Shown here piece after piece: positions 1 through 12,400 of a stretch of DNA of 64,000 nt (positions are counted from its first letter, which is position 1; each line of letters begins with the position of its first letter). Position numbers and translations under genes: made by a program. Origin of the DNA: Strigamia acuminata. Lineage: Eukaryota. Location of the stretch: NCBI GenBank assembly GCA_949358305.1, contig OX442314.1, forward strand, positions 12,958,001 through 13,022,000, written 5' to 3'. Below the pieces are notes generated by a model. That model saw only the letters and a list, made by a program, of their open reading frames with translations. It ran no database searches and was not told where the DNA came from.

Positions 1-269
1 AACGCATCGCCGGTATACACTTAAGCGTACAGTGCACAACACTACTGTTTATTTTCAATGATCCAATAAATAAAATTTGAAACAAAGTTGAGTGGAATTG
101 TACGTTTCTTGTATATTAAAGTTTTTATTTTGTTTGTTTACACTTAATTTTTTTTTTCCATCATAGAATGGCGACTCGATACTTTTGTAGCTCGAATTCA
201 CTTCGTAAACGTGGTCGGTGTTCATCACGCGTCAATGCGCTCGTGCAATAGTATAGGCGCGCATACAAT

Positions 270-772
270 TTGATGCGCGCAAAACTTGCAAAACTTGCAC
301 GGAATTTGGGCAATTTTTGACAAATTTCAGCAGATTTTTGCCTGTATTTGACAAATTTCAGAAGATTTTTGCCTATATTTGACAAATTTCAGAAGATTTC
401 CTCAATCCTCAAACATTTGCTGAAATTTCTCATAAAATTTCTAAAATTAATTGAAATTTGTCTGAAATTTGTCTGGAATTTGTCAAATATTGTCAAAAAT
501 CCGTGGAAATTTGTCAAATACTGGCAAAAATCCATGTAAATTTGTCAAAAATTGCCATAATTCGGTGCAAATTGTGTTAGATATTGGAAAAATTTATTTT
601 AACGCTTCCAACGCGCCAGTAAATCGCGCGTGCACACGCATGGATTTTTCGTCATAGTTGGATGCGCGCAAACCTCACGTAACTTGCGCCAAAATTTGGC
701 AATTTTTGACAAATTTCAGCAGATTTTTGCCAGTATTTGACAAATTTCCACTGATTTTTGACAATATTTGAC
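270..772. repeat. Degenerate minisatellite-like repeats (tttgacaaatttc / gaaatttgtcaaa units) inside the palindrome arm; mirrored at ~3144..3646
   Basis: Recurrent 10-30 bp units in both orientations. A ~70-bp block starting gatgcgcgcaaa...ggcaatttttgacaaatttcagcagatttttgcc occurs at ~272 and again at ~661. Confidence 0.8.
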
Positions 773-1549
773 CCAACAACTGCGCCACGTTCCAGGCGCC
801 GGTTTAGGCATTTTAGACCCGTTTTAGACCGTTTTAGATGGCGAAAACGTTCTCTCCATCATTTTCTACCCCTGGGTGAGGTTTTCAGCGTTCATGATTG
901 ATGAAAAAGCTGTTTTCTAACTAGCTGTCCCATTGCTAGTTTTGGCGTCAGGTTTTAGCAACCTTCCGATCCGACTCTGTCGTCTGCACGACCTCCAAGA
1001 CTGTTTTAGGGTTAATTTGAGTCAAATAATTCATTCTGGGGGTTGTTTTGGGTTTTTTACAAGTGTGTTTTTGTAGTTTTTATTGGTTTCAAACATTGTC
1101 AATTCTTTATACAAGTGTAACTTTCATTTCTCTGTATTTTGAGAACTTTGCATTGCAGCAAAGTTCATTTCTTGCCCCTTAATTATTGTGTAATTGTTGG
1201 TTTTCAAGCCCGTTTTTTAACAATAACTTTATTTGAAGTGCCTATTGTTTCAGGCACGTGCTTCCACGTGCCTTTTATTGTTGAGCAATTTCTTGGGCAG
1301 TTGCGCTCCTGTTGCTAGCATTGCCGCGCGTTCTCCGCGCGTGTACTCGCGCGTTTCGCATCACACACATTCGGGTTCGATGGCCTATCGCGGCGGCACA
1401 TTGTGTGGCATAGCGCGGCACGTTGCAATTACGTGACGTGGCACGTTGCTGTTACGTGACGCGATAGCCAGTATTTAAGCAGGGGATTCCATCATCGTTT
1501 ACACAAATGCGCATTGCAACGTGGAGGCGCATTCGAGTCCTTTTCCCAA

Positions 1550-2366
1550 GCGAAATCGTATTCGATTCGCTTTCGAATCGAATACGAGTTTTGTCCTTTT
1601 TCAACGCGAAATCGTATTCGATTCGCTTTCGAATCGTATACGAGATGGTCGATGATTTTTGTTTCCCGGACTTTGATTCGTATTCGAGTTGTTACGAGTT
1701 CGTATTTTGATCGTATTCGTATTCGAATCGAATTCGAATCGTATTCGAATCGAATACGAATCGAATTCGAGTCGTATTCGAGATGGTCGATGATTTCCAC
1801 TCGCTCGTATACGCGTTGTATACGAGCTCGTATTTTGATCGTAATCGTAAACGAATCGTTTACAAGTCGTATACAAGTTGTATACGACGTGTATACACCT
1901 CGTATACGAACGAAGTTTGGAAAATCCACCGGATACTTACTACGACATGAAAACACATAGTAGTCACATACGTCTTATTTGGAAATTGTGTTTTCACAAA
2001 CTTCGTTCGTATACGAGGTGTATACACGTCGTATACAACTTGTATACGACTTGTAAACGATTTGTTTACGATTACGATCAAAATACGAGCTCGTATACAA
2101 CGCGTATACGAGCGAGTGGAAATCATCGACCATCTCGAATACGACTCGAATTCGATTCGTATTCGATTCGAATACGATTCGAATTCGATTCGAATACGAA
2201 TACGATCAAAATACGAACTCGTAACAACTCGAATACGAATCAAAGTCCGGGAAACAAAAATCATCGACCATCTCGTATACGATTCGAAAGCGAATCGAAT
2301 ACGATTTCGCGTTGAAAAAGGACAAAACTCGTATTCGATTCGAAAGCGAATCGAATACGATTTCGC
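1550..2366. repeat. CpG-rich low-complexity repeat (cgtattcgaat / cgaatacgat units) forming the core of the palindrome
   Basis: Dense recurrence of tcgta, ttcga and cgaat words on both arms; it generates the stop-free spurious ORFs at 1492-2424. Confidence 0.85.
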
Positions 2367-4166
2367 TTGGGAAAAGGACTCGAATGCGCCTCCACGTTGC
2401 AATGCGCATTTGTGTAAACGATGATGGAATCCCCTGCTTAAATACTGGCTATCGCGTCACGTAACAGCAACGTGCCACGTCACGTAATTGCAACGTGCCG
2501 CGCTATGCCACACAATGTGCCGCCGCGATAGGCCATCGAACCCGAATGTGTGTGATGCGAAACGCGCGAGTACACGCGCGGAGAACGCGCGGCAATGCTA
2601 GCAACAGGAGCGCAACTGCCCAAGAAATTGCTCAACAATAAAAGGCACGTGGAAGCACGTGCCTGAAACAATAGGCACTTCAAATAAAGTTATTGTTAAA
2701 AAACGGGCTTGAAAACCAACAATTACACAATAATTAAGGGGCAAGAAATGAACTTTGCTGCAATGCAAAGTTCTCAAAATACAGAGAAATGAAAGTTACA
2801 CTTGTATAAAGAATTGACAATGTTTGAAACCAATAAAAACTACAAAAACACACTTGTAAAAAACCCAAAACAACCCCCAGAATGAATTATTTGACTCAAA
2901 TTAACCCTAAAACAGTCTTGGAGGTCGTGCAGACGACAGAGTCGGATCGGAAGGTTGCTAAAACCTGACGCCAAAACTAGCAATGGGACAGCTAGTTAGA
3001 AAACAGCTTTTTCATCAATCATGAACGCTGAAAACCTCACCCAGGGGTAGAAAATGATGGAGAGAACGTTTTCGCCATCTAAAACGGTCTAAAACGGGTC
3101 TAAAATGCCTAAACCGGCGCCTGGAACGTGGCGCAGTTGTTGGGTCAAATATTGTCAAAAATCAGTGGAAATTTGTCAAATACTGGCAAAAATCTGCTGA
3201 AATTTGTCAAAAATTGCCAAATTTTGGCGCAAGTTACGTGAGGTTTGCGCGCATCCAACTATGACGAAAAATCCATGCGTGTGCACGCGCGATTTACTGG
3301 CGCGTTGGAAGCGTTAAAATAAATTTTTCCAATATCTAACACAATTTGCACCGAATTATGGCAATTTTTGACAAATTTACATGGATTTTTGCCAGTATTT
3401 GACAAATTTCCACGGATTTTTGACAATATTTGACAAATTCCAGACAAATTTCAGACAAATTTCAATTAATTTTAGAAATTTTATGAGAAATTTCAGCAAA
3501 TGTTTGAGGATTGAGGAAATCTTCTGAAATTTGTCAAATATAGGCAAAAATCTTCTGAAATTTGTCAAATACAGGCAAAAATCTGCTGAAATTTGTCAAA
3601 AATTGCCCAAATTCCGTGCAAGTTTTGCAAGTTTTGCGCGCATCAAATCGTATGCGCGCCTATACTATTGCACGAGCGCATTGACGCGTGATGAACACCG
3701 ACCACGTTTACGAAGTGAATTCGAGCTACAAAAGTATCGAGTCGCCATTCTATGATGGAAAAAAAAAATTAAGTGTAAACAAACAAAATAAAAACTTTAA
3801 TATACAAGAAACGTACAATTCCACTCAACTTTGTTTCAAATTTTATTTATTGGATCATTGAAAATAAACAGTAGTGTTGTGCACTGTACGCTTAAGTGTA
3901 TACCGGCGATGCGTTGTTTTGTGGTGGGGATTTGCCTCGATAATTGATCTTTTCTCTTTGTTTGCAATATTTTTTTGGCCTTTTTTGTTGATTTTTCGGT
4001 TTGAAATTGTTTTTTTCCGGTGTAATTTAAGTGGTGGAAGGTTGTTGGCGTGTGTTGAGGGTAATTTTGGCGGTTTTTGGGTCGGGATTAGTGTTTTCTG
4101 CGATTTTTTATCGGTATTTGGGGTAACGCATGCGAATCGCCGTCGATGCGTCGACCGTAGCAAGTG

Positions 4167-4366
4167 NNNNNNNNNNNNNNNNNNNNNNNNNNNNNNNNNN
4201 NNNNNNNNNNNNNNNNNNNNNNNNNNNNNNNNNNNNNNNNNNNNNNNNNNNNNNNNNNNNNNNNNNNNNNNNNNNNNNNNNNNNNNNNNNNNNNNNNNNN
4301 NNNNNNNNNNNNNNNNNNNNNNNNNNNNNNNNNNNNNNNNNNNNNNNNNNNNNNNNNNNNNNNNNN
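4167..4366. other. Assembly gap (200 N)
   Basis: Run of N in the sequence. Confidence 1.
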
Positions 4367-4817
4367 TCATTTCGCTAGTGACTTTTACTCCCTCGAGCCT
4401 AGCTTGCTCACGGAGTGCGTCCATCATGGTTACACGCACGGGAGAATGAGAAACTTCCATATTGGAGTTCTCAGAATCTTGATGCGCTGCACCTTGGACT
4501 GGTGATGAATTCAGCGAGTGCTCCGCACTTGATGATTGAATTCGTAAATTCAAATCATTGTTTTGCGACTTGGAACGGCCACTTCCAGTTGGGTTGTTTA
4601 AGTCCAACTGGCCGCTTGGCGGGGATGGCTGTTGTCGCTCCAACGCTTGCGTGAATTCATTCACGATTAACTGTGCCGAGTTACAGTTAGCTGTTTGATC
4701 CATGGTTTCAAACAGTTCTTGTGACTCAGTCACTTCTTGATCCACGACTGGTAGATCGATCGCCACTCGTCTCTTCGCCGGCCTTCCTCTCGGTCTCTTC
4801 TCTGAAGGAGTCGCCAT
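4367..4817 (-). CDS. N-terminal part of a probable gag-like protein with an AT-hook-like motif (RPRGRP); partial
   Basis: ORF MATPSEKRPRGRPAKRR... starts just downstream of the PBS and runs open into the gap. No diagnostic gag motif is visible in this fragment. Confidence 0.55.
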
Positions 4818-4908
4818 TTTTCAATGAGGATTTAGAAAGAATAGAGAAGAAAGATAAGCAAGATAAAAATGGCGGGTAAATTTTAACTAACAAAGTTATA
4901 CAATGACT

Positions 4909-4926
4909 ATCCCGGACGGGCCCCCA
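4909..4926 (-). promoter_or_regulatory. Primer-binding site complementary to the tRNA-Pro 3' end
   Basis: Minus strand TGGGGGCCCGTCCGGGAT is a 17/18 match to the canonical tRNA-Pro PBS TGGGGGCTCGTCCGGGAT. Confidence 0.9.
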
Positions 4927-6445
4927 CGTGCTGCGATCCGGGTTATTATCGCACTTATTTCTAATAAATAAGCACGAAACCGCAGGTGAATGCTATAAAA
5001 GACTTACAATCGGCGGCTTAAATTATCTAGGGGTTAAGTTTAAGGAAAAGAAATAAAAAGACAGTTTTATCAATAAAAATCACAAATATATGTTTATTCG
5101 GTTTATTAATTACAATGACTAGTTAAAATATCACAAATGCGACAAGTCGCGAAATGAAATGAGCGGGAACAATGGAAGGGCTTGCAACGACTGTTGCAAG
5201 CTACAAAGCGCTAAAATGGCGCTTAAACAACACACAGTTGTTAGGCGAAGGCGAATTGTCTTCGTTCTTCAAACTCACGAACGATGGTCGAAGACGATGG
5301 TTCTCGTGGGTTTCTTCTACGGCTCGTGCGACGGCTCGGCGGCGGTGGTTGACGGCTGTAGGCGTCTGGTCCAGGTACGATAGCGATGGTTGCCGTTCGC
5401 GCGGCAACGATGGCGATGGTTCACTTGGATCAGGAAACTTCTTCTCGTTACGATAGCTGGAATTAGCGACGGCTAATTCAAGCTGAATTGCTGGCTTTGT
5501 AATTCGTTACAAAGCAAGCTGGTGAAACTTGACGGTTACACGGTCCACTGTCAATACGTATTGTCGGAGCAGATATCGCAGTGATGTTGTGGGTTGTGTA
5601 TTTTTGTCAAGAGTCCCGATTTGAGCCAAGGCGTGAGCCCAGCACGCTTCAATATTGCGCAGAAAACCTGCGCACTTAGCTCAAATGGGTGCAACTAGTG
5701 GTTATTACACCATATTGCACCATAACGGCTAATAACCGTTTTCACCCCGGACAACCTGGGGTGATATGTGCCTAGAGAGGATTTCTCCCCTCGGTCACAT
5801 GATCTGACTTGGCGTGTGCCACAGTCAAATTAATTAGAAGACAATTAATTTTATCTTCTAAGTTGGTGAATATTTTGAGATCACCACAGTTTGGAGGAAT
5901 CTTGTCGAAAAAGAAGCAGAATAACAGTTGGTTGTCCCCTTTCTTAATTTTGAGATAAAAATTATAGTTATTGTTTGTTATTTATTGATCAACCCATGGC
6001 TGTGGAAATGGAACAATAAAACAAAACTTAAATTAAATAGCGAATCGCAATTAACAACTAGACGAAGCAAATACTAGAATGCACCATTTATTAACCAATA
6101 GAAAATTTCAAAAAAGTGTATCGGTAAATCTAAAAACTACAAACAAAAATATAAAAAAAATCAAAAGTTAAGTACACAAAAACACCTCAGAAAATATTTA
6201 AACTTGTGTAGGAAAAATACAATTATTGTTAAGTATAGAAAAAAAACAGATACGAAGTAAGTACAATACAAATAATAAAATACACTTTTTTAAGTAGACT
6301 AACACACAAACGTGAATTAGTTGCACTGTGCATAAAAACAGTTAAGATTCAATATTTAAATAGCACGAATGAAATGTGCTTGACTAAAACATGAAACATG
6401 GAAATGTTATTAATGGAAATATAATAATTATAATAAGGAAAAAAA

Positions 6446-9400
6446 TTATTCTTCACTGTCACTTGGTTTTATACTTGTAAAATGTTGAGCTACAGTCAGT
6501 AACTTTTTAGCTGCCCCCAGAACTTCCGTACAACACGCGCTGTACTGCAAATAGTTCTGATGATTCGTTTTGCCGCAAAGTGGTTTCAGAGGACGAACTT
6601 CATCAACTTCTTTTGAAACAAGAAACTACAAAAATTTAATTATACGAGTAAAACAACTCAAAACAAAAAAATTAACATTTTTTTTTTAAATTGTATTAAA
6701 TTAACCTTCACTGACTCATGCACTTCGCCCGGATCCTCCCCAAATGCTTCTAACACATCCATAGTTAATTCCATTAAATTAGTACTTTGATTTTCATACA
6801 AAGTTTTTGTAAACAACAAAGCAACCAAACACTTCCGCACCACCTAAAAACAAACACAGAATTTATAAATTTTTTTAAAAAAAATTTAACAATTTATTCC
6901 TCTTAATACCTGATAACACTTGTAAAAAACCCACTCAAAAGACGGTTTAGCATGAGAAACTTCGTTCTGAGCTGCGTCTAAATCGAATTTGGCCTGTTGG
7001 CACCAAAGTTTCGCCGCTGGATTTAAACTTTTTGCAAAACTCGGTGGCACGTCCGAGCTTCTAGGCGCTGAAAAGTGGTCCCAATTATCTCGCGCCCTTC
7101 GGTTGTAATTTCGTCGTCTCTTTCCATCTCGTCTGGCCCGCTGATCCCACCGACCGAAATTACCGTCCCAAAACTTCGACGGTTTTGCTTCACTGAAAAT
7201 ACAAAATTTTAAATATCAAAAATCGAGACATTCAACATGAAAAAAAATCATATTACTCTCTTTTCTTTCTGGGCAATCCACTTTCTACACGACGAACTTC
7301 ATTCTGCAGAAACTTACAGGCTTCCTCACATACTTCTTTACGGTCAGGATGCTTGTCCGGATGCCACAGCAGGTACAAACGACGAATTGCTGATTCCCTT
7401 TTTTCAGGTGGCACAGTTCTCCAAATTTCCTCGATTTGATCGGATATTTCATCCATGATTTCTTGCATTGGTCGCGAAAGTCTATCAGTTCCGCTGTCGC
7501 CTTGACTGTCTGAGCAAACCAACATCAATTCTGGATACTCATTCTGTATTTCTCTTCTGAGTTGTTTACTAGAAATGAACTTGTAAATATCCAAAGCGGT
7601 TTTCTCGACTGGTGTGTTTCCACCAACATCAACTTTGTATCTACACGTGAGCGACCCATCATTGCCCGGTTCTTTGATTTTTTCTACTATCCGGCCATAA
7701 ATGTAAATTTTCTGATCATCCGTTTCAATCGCGATGTATTCAAGTGGCTTGTAATAATTAAATGGATTATGATCCAATAAACCGATCAAATCATCTGGGA
7801 CGTATGAACCCAATATAGGTCGATAGTCATCTTCAATGTCACCGTCTTGTAATTCCCTTTTCCTTATTTCTTTCAAAGATTCGTATGGCCGAGACAAATC
7901 CAACTTGTCAAAGATTACACGAAAATGGTTCGCATCTTTAGGCGAATTAAATGGACAAACTAAATTAACCAAGGTCAGTAAATTATCCACGAAATTAGTC
8001 TTCATGTCTGCATGTTCGTGAGCAACCATGAAATCAACGGTATTGCTTCTTGTTTTATGCCAATACGTTGCAACGCTCGCTTCGTCCAATAGTTTTTCAC
8101 TTCCTTTTACTCGTTTTGCTATCTTCAAAATTGCATAACAACTCACAGTTATGTCGGTGAAAAAGGCGGCAATTTCGTCTAGCTTGGCTTCTCTTCCTTC
8201 CACGTGAAGCGAATAGCGATTAATTACTTTCGTGACAATACGAGTGAACATGGAATCGTAGAACAAACTCTGAATTCTGTCCTTGTCTTTGCAATCATTT
8301 TCAATTCCCGCACATTTTTCAGAATTACTGGATAACGTTTTGGTTACATAATGGTCGAATGATATTGGTCGGATTAGTGTCGGTAAGTGCAACAAAGCAC
8401 TTGCAAATGTTGATATAGATCCATCCATTCCGGAAATCATTGCAGTGTTCCATTTCTTCCCATTCATTTGAGCCAGTAATTCGACGTCAATTTTACCGTC
8501 ATGATCAAGAACAATTATTTGGGTGCTTTTCACCAAACAAAAATGTTCATCTGGTAAATAGAGTTCTTCTTCAGTTATCGGTAATACGGCACCGTCTTTT
8601 CGTTCATTTTTAATTAATGCAGTCAAAAAACCAACGTATGCGTTTTTAAGACTCAGTTTCACATTTGGGTTTAACATCGGTCCTTCTCCGTATGTGGTGT
8701 GGAACATATTCAAGGCTGAACTGTAGTGGCGATGAGTGACCAATTTCTCCGTGCCAATTTTTTGAAGAACTTCGAGATAGCTAAAAATATTTAATAAATT
8801 TAAAAATTTAGTAAAATTATCAAGGCGATACACAAAATATTAGTTATTTACCTATACAATTTCGCTGGTAAGTTGTACAAAAATGGCGGACACTCATCAA
8901 TGTCAGGACTTTGAAAAACAACTTGATCAGGACGCACAAGTATTCTTCCATTTTCCACGAGTACACAAGGCACTTTTTTCAGTACATCAGCCAAATGCGA
9001 CTTTTCATCCAATTTGTTTTTCAGAAAAACGAATATCTCTGCCAGAACATCGCCGAGTAATTTTATTTCTTTAACTCCATTAATGTTAGTTGTGGTATTT
9101 TCCTCGAATTTTAATTTCTGCAAACGGTTGCAAATATTTTCCGTGTGTGTCGTAACATCTTCTACACTCGGCTGCTCGAGATACGCCAGATGTTTAATTT
9201 CACTCTTCAAACCGGAACGTAAACTCCATTTTGGCAACAAATTAGAAACTGTCCAACAGACTCGTTCGTTCTGACAGAGAACGCTATTCCGATAACATAT
9301 TAGTCCATTAGCTTCTACAGTCTGTTGATGCAAGAAACCGAGGTCTTCCGGTATAACGTGACTGTAGATAAACCTAATAGATGACACTTGATTAAAAAAA

Positions 9401-12400
9401 TATTTATTTTTTTCAGTCATTCCGTAGCTGTGCTCGTCTAGGTACTTCACAAGTTTTTGGCTCTTGAATTCAAGTGTTTTCTTGTCCGAAACTTCACTTT
9501 CTAAGTTTTTCGCTAGCTGGATGAAGGTGTGGGGACTGAGTTCACATTTCAGACCAAGTTTTTGCAAATAAAAATTCCACTCAATTGAATCCTCTTTCTT
9601 ATTTTCTAAAAGTTTGGAAAACGCTCCTGGCAGAAACTCATCTTCGGGAATCATAGTTTCAAACTCTCTCTTAATGCAATCACTGTACAAATCTGCAATT
9701 GCTCTAAACTGTCCATTGTTCATTTGCAAGAATGGCATTTTTCCAAGCTGTTCGTATAATGTATCTCTTTCTTTGCTCCATGGTACACAACGCAAGCAAT
9801 ACAGATGTTTAAATATAGACGTAGTATTGAATTTAGCCATGTTTGGAATAATATATTTGGCATACAAATCAATATCGGACATTACAGAAATGTTAAGATT
9901 TGTGCAAAATTCTTCCTCCTTATTTAGTTCTTTCTTAAGTAATATTGTATTTGCCAAGTCCTTTAATCTGTCCAATTCAGCACCTTCAATTCTCTCTGTA
10001 CAAACGATGTAATCGCACTCATCTTCCAAATTGACCAAGGTGCCTTCTAACGTTGGAAATAACGGCAACGATTTAATCTTCTTCATTATATGCGTCTCAT
10101 TGGCTTCAATGGGATGCGAAAATGATTCAATGACAAAATCCAACAACACTTTCTTCTCCTTGTTACTCAAGCGATTAAAATTTGCCTCTTGGACTTCATT
10201 ACTCAAAGCCGAGTACAGCACATTCACTATGGTTTCTGGTGACTGTGGACAAGCGCAGAGATAGCTGAAAAAAACCAGATTTGAATTCTCCGAATCACCT
10301 ATCTTAACGGATTTTAAAATGCCGTTAACGTCTGCAAACATCACTCCAAGTTTTCTTAAACAGAGATACAACTCGTTCCGTTTACCAATGATACCGACAT
10401 GAAATATGATAATAGGTGCATTTCGAAGTGTAACAAGAAAGTTCTTCGTTGTTTCTCGAGCGTCAAGAACAGTCACCGGAAGTAAGGCCCAATCTTCCAA
10501 TGGCTTAACGCGCTGCAATGCCGAATCTCGATTTTCGGGATCTTTTGCTAAATATTTAAAAATTTTATAAATAAGCTCCATATTTTTAATTCGCGGTTTT
10601 TTCTGACATTCTCCAAACAAATCGGGTAATTCATTGTGTAGGTGTTTCGCTAAAACAGCAACATCAAATTTGCGACAATATTTCACAGGAATTGGGAAGT
10701 TGATAGACCAACAACAGAAAAGCTTTCCTTGGCTCGGCAATAGTTCAGCGTTTGAGGCATCATACACTTCATAATCTGCAGAAAATCGGCGAAGATAACC
10801 ATCTGCTGTCAACAAGAGCGGAATGTTTTCCAAATCAACATTTTTTGCTGTTAGTATGTATTTTAAGCAACAATGAATAATGCCTTTGTTTAAAATGGTA
10901 TTTGCCAATTCTACCGGTAACTTTTCTGCACTTGCTTTTAAAACTAGTTTGTTGTCTTCAACTTTTTTCATGTGTTCTGCTACACCAATTGGGGTTATAA
11001 CATTTGGCTCCATTTCTACGGCGCTACAAATTTCCTCCACGACCCGATTAAAACCCAAGTGAAATTTTGGAAAATGAACTATTTCTAATAAGCTGCGAAT
11101 AGAATCATTTTCAGATGGTCTATCGTCCTTCTTCTGTCCGCCAGTAACCCCTGTTGAAAGTCTAACAAGTGGCTGTTCTTCTTTCTCAACGAGTTTGTCA
11201 AGTATACCCTCAGACATTGGTAACCACATCAAAGTCCGCCTCATATAATTATCTATTTTGATAAAAAAAGTTAAATCCAAGTTGTTTTTATGCAGCAAAT
11301 AGTAAATTTCCTTCAGCATAATACGTCCAATCGGTTGTTGGTCCTTCGTTGTCGGTAAATACCGTTGGTACCTCTTCGTGAGACTTTCTTGATGTGTTAT
11401 GTCATCGCCTCTATCCGAATGAGTTTTTTCCCATTCCGAATTGACATTGTTCTTTACAATTTCAAGCGCCTCAATGTATAAGGGAGCTAATACTTTGGTG
11501 ATTAAGTATTCATTCCATTGTTTCTTGTACGAGCCATCGCCTTCCAAGTGGCAATGCTTCCTGCCTTGGTCCAGCATGAATTTACCATTGACGTGAATCG
11601 GTAATTTGTTGTTCCCTGGCAATGGTAAAGTTGTATACGTTCGTTTATTGTATGAATTTGAGTGAAGCGGCATTGCAATGCCGACTAGAGGCAATGCCTT
11701 CAACTTTCCAGTTTCTCTCAACTTGACCACTTCGGGCGGCAGCTCATCTTTCATGCTGCTTAGACTTTGCAATATCTGCCATTTGAATTTCATTGGTCGT
11801 TTACTTTTGTCCGATTTCACACCACTTCCAACAGTTATTCTGTACATAACAGTTGCATCTTCAGCAAGTGCCTTTTTACTTCTCAAAACTTTTAAGAAAT
11901 TGTTCTTTTTGCTCCTATCCTCCTTAGACATTTCAGAAACGAAACTCAAGTCTTTACATAGCTTTCCATTGTGATCGACGTAACTAATTCGAATTTTTTC
12001 CACATTCTTCAAAAAGAAAAAAAAATCCACTGCTTCCGACTCGAACGTTTTGAAAATCCCCATTAGTTCCTCCAGTTCAATTGGATCAGCAATCTTCGAC
12101 GGTATCGCTTGCCCTCTGCTCCTGAGCGGCAATCGAAACACAGTTGACTTCTCAAGCTGTAAGTCGTCAACCGGTTTAAATCCGAGCATTGTGTTTGCAT
12201 AGATCGCTTTAAAATCTTCAGTCAAGTCGAATTTCCCACCAGGAGCCTCTGTAGTGGCTGTACGCACGTACTTCATGTGTGGGTCCAGGACAACCAGGAC
12301 TGCATTGTTACTAATAAACATTGGTACGTCTGTCAGGCGATAAACAGTGTTGAAACCAATGCCGAACTTGCCAGTCAAACTTGGATCTTCTCGTTTACTC

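Larger units (their letters stand above)
1..3915. repeat. Long near-perfect inverted repeat (palindrome): arms 1..~1919 and ~1997..3915, spacer ~77 bp
   Basis: Position i pairs with 3916-i: aacgcatcgccggtatacac at 1 vs gtgtataccggcgatgcgtt ending at 3915. Mirrored ORFs (161..385/3531..3755, 1233..1436/2480..2683) confirm the register. Only two mismatches noticed (near 266/3650 and 1853/2063). May extend left of the window. Confidence 0.95.
4367..5826 (-). mobile_element. 5' portion of an LTR retrotransposon (probable 5' LTR ~4929..~5826, PBS, leader, start of gag-like ORF), truncated by the gap
   Basis: The minus strand reads ...cggatcgcagCA-cg-TGGGGGCCCGTCCGGGAT: an LTR-type CA end followed by a PBS. 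An ORF starts ~90 bp further on. The outer LTR boundary is uncertain. Confidence 0.75.

Noticed and set aside
1492..2424. Many overlapping ORFs (IRIRIEFESY-type) on both strands
   Set aside because: By-products of a stop-poor CpG repeat mirrored by the palindrome; no recognisable protein features.
3855..4505. ORFs spanning the N run
   Set aside because: They read through the assembly gap; sequence on either side is not known to be contiguous.
4909..4926. tRNA-Pro gene
   Set aside because: Only the 18-nt 3' end including CCA is present, which is the signature of a primer-binding site rather than a tRNA gene.
5159..5456. Short ORFs inside the presumed LTR
   Set aside because: No motifs and overlapping on both strands; likely incidental.
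6446..6625. Active HEPN RNase motif in the sacsin C-termini
   Set aside because: No R-x4-6-H motif visible in A (VDEVRPLKPLCG) or B ([12 protein letters not shown]), so nuclease activity cannot be claimed.
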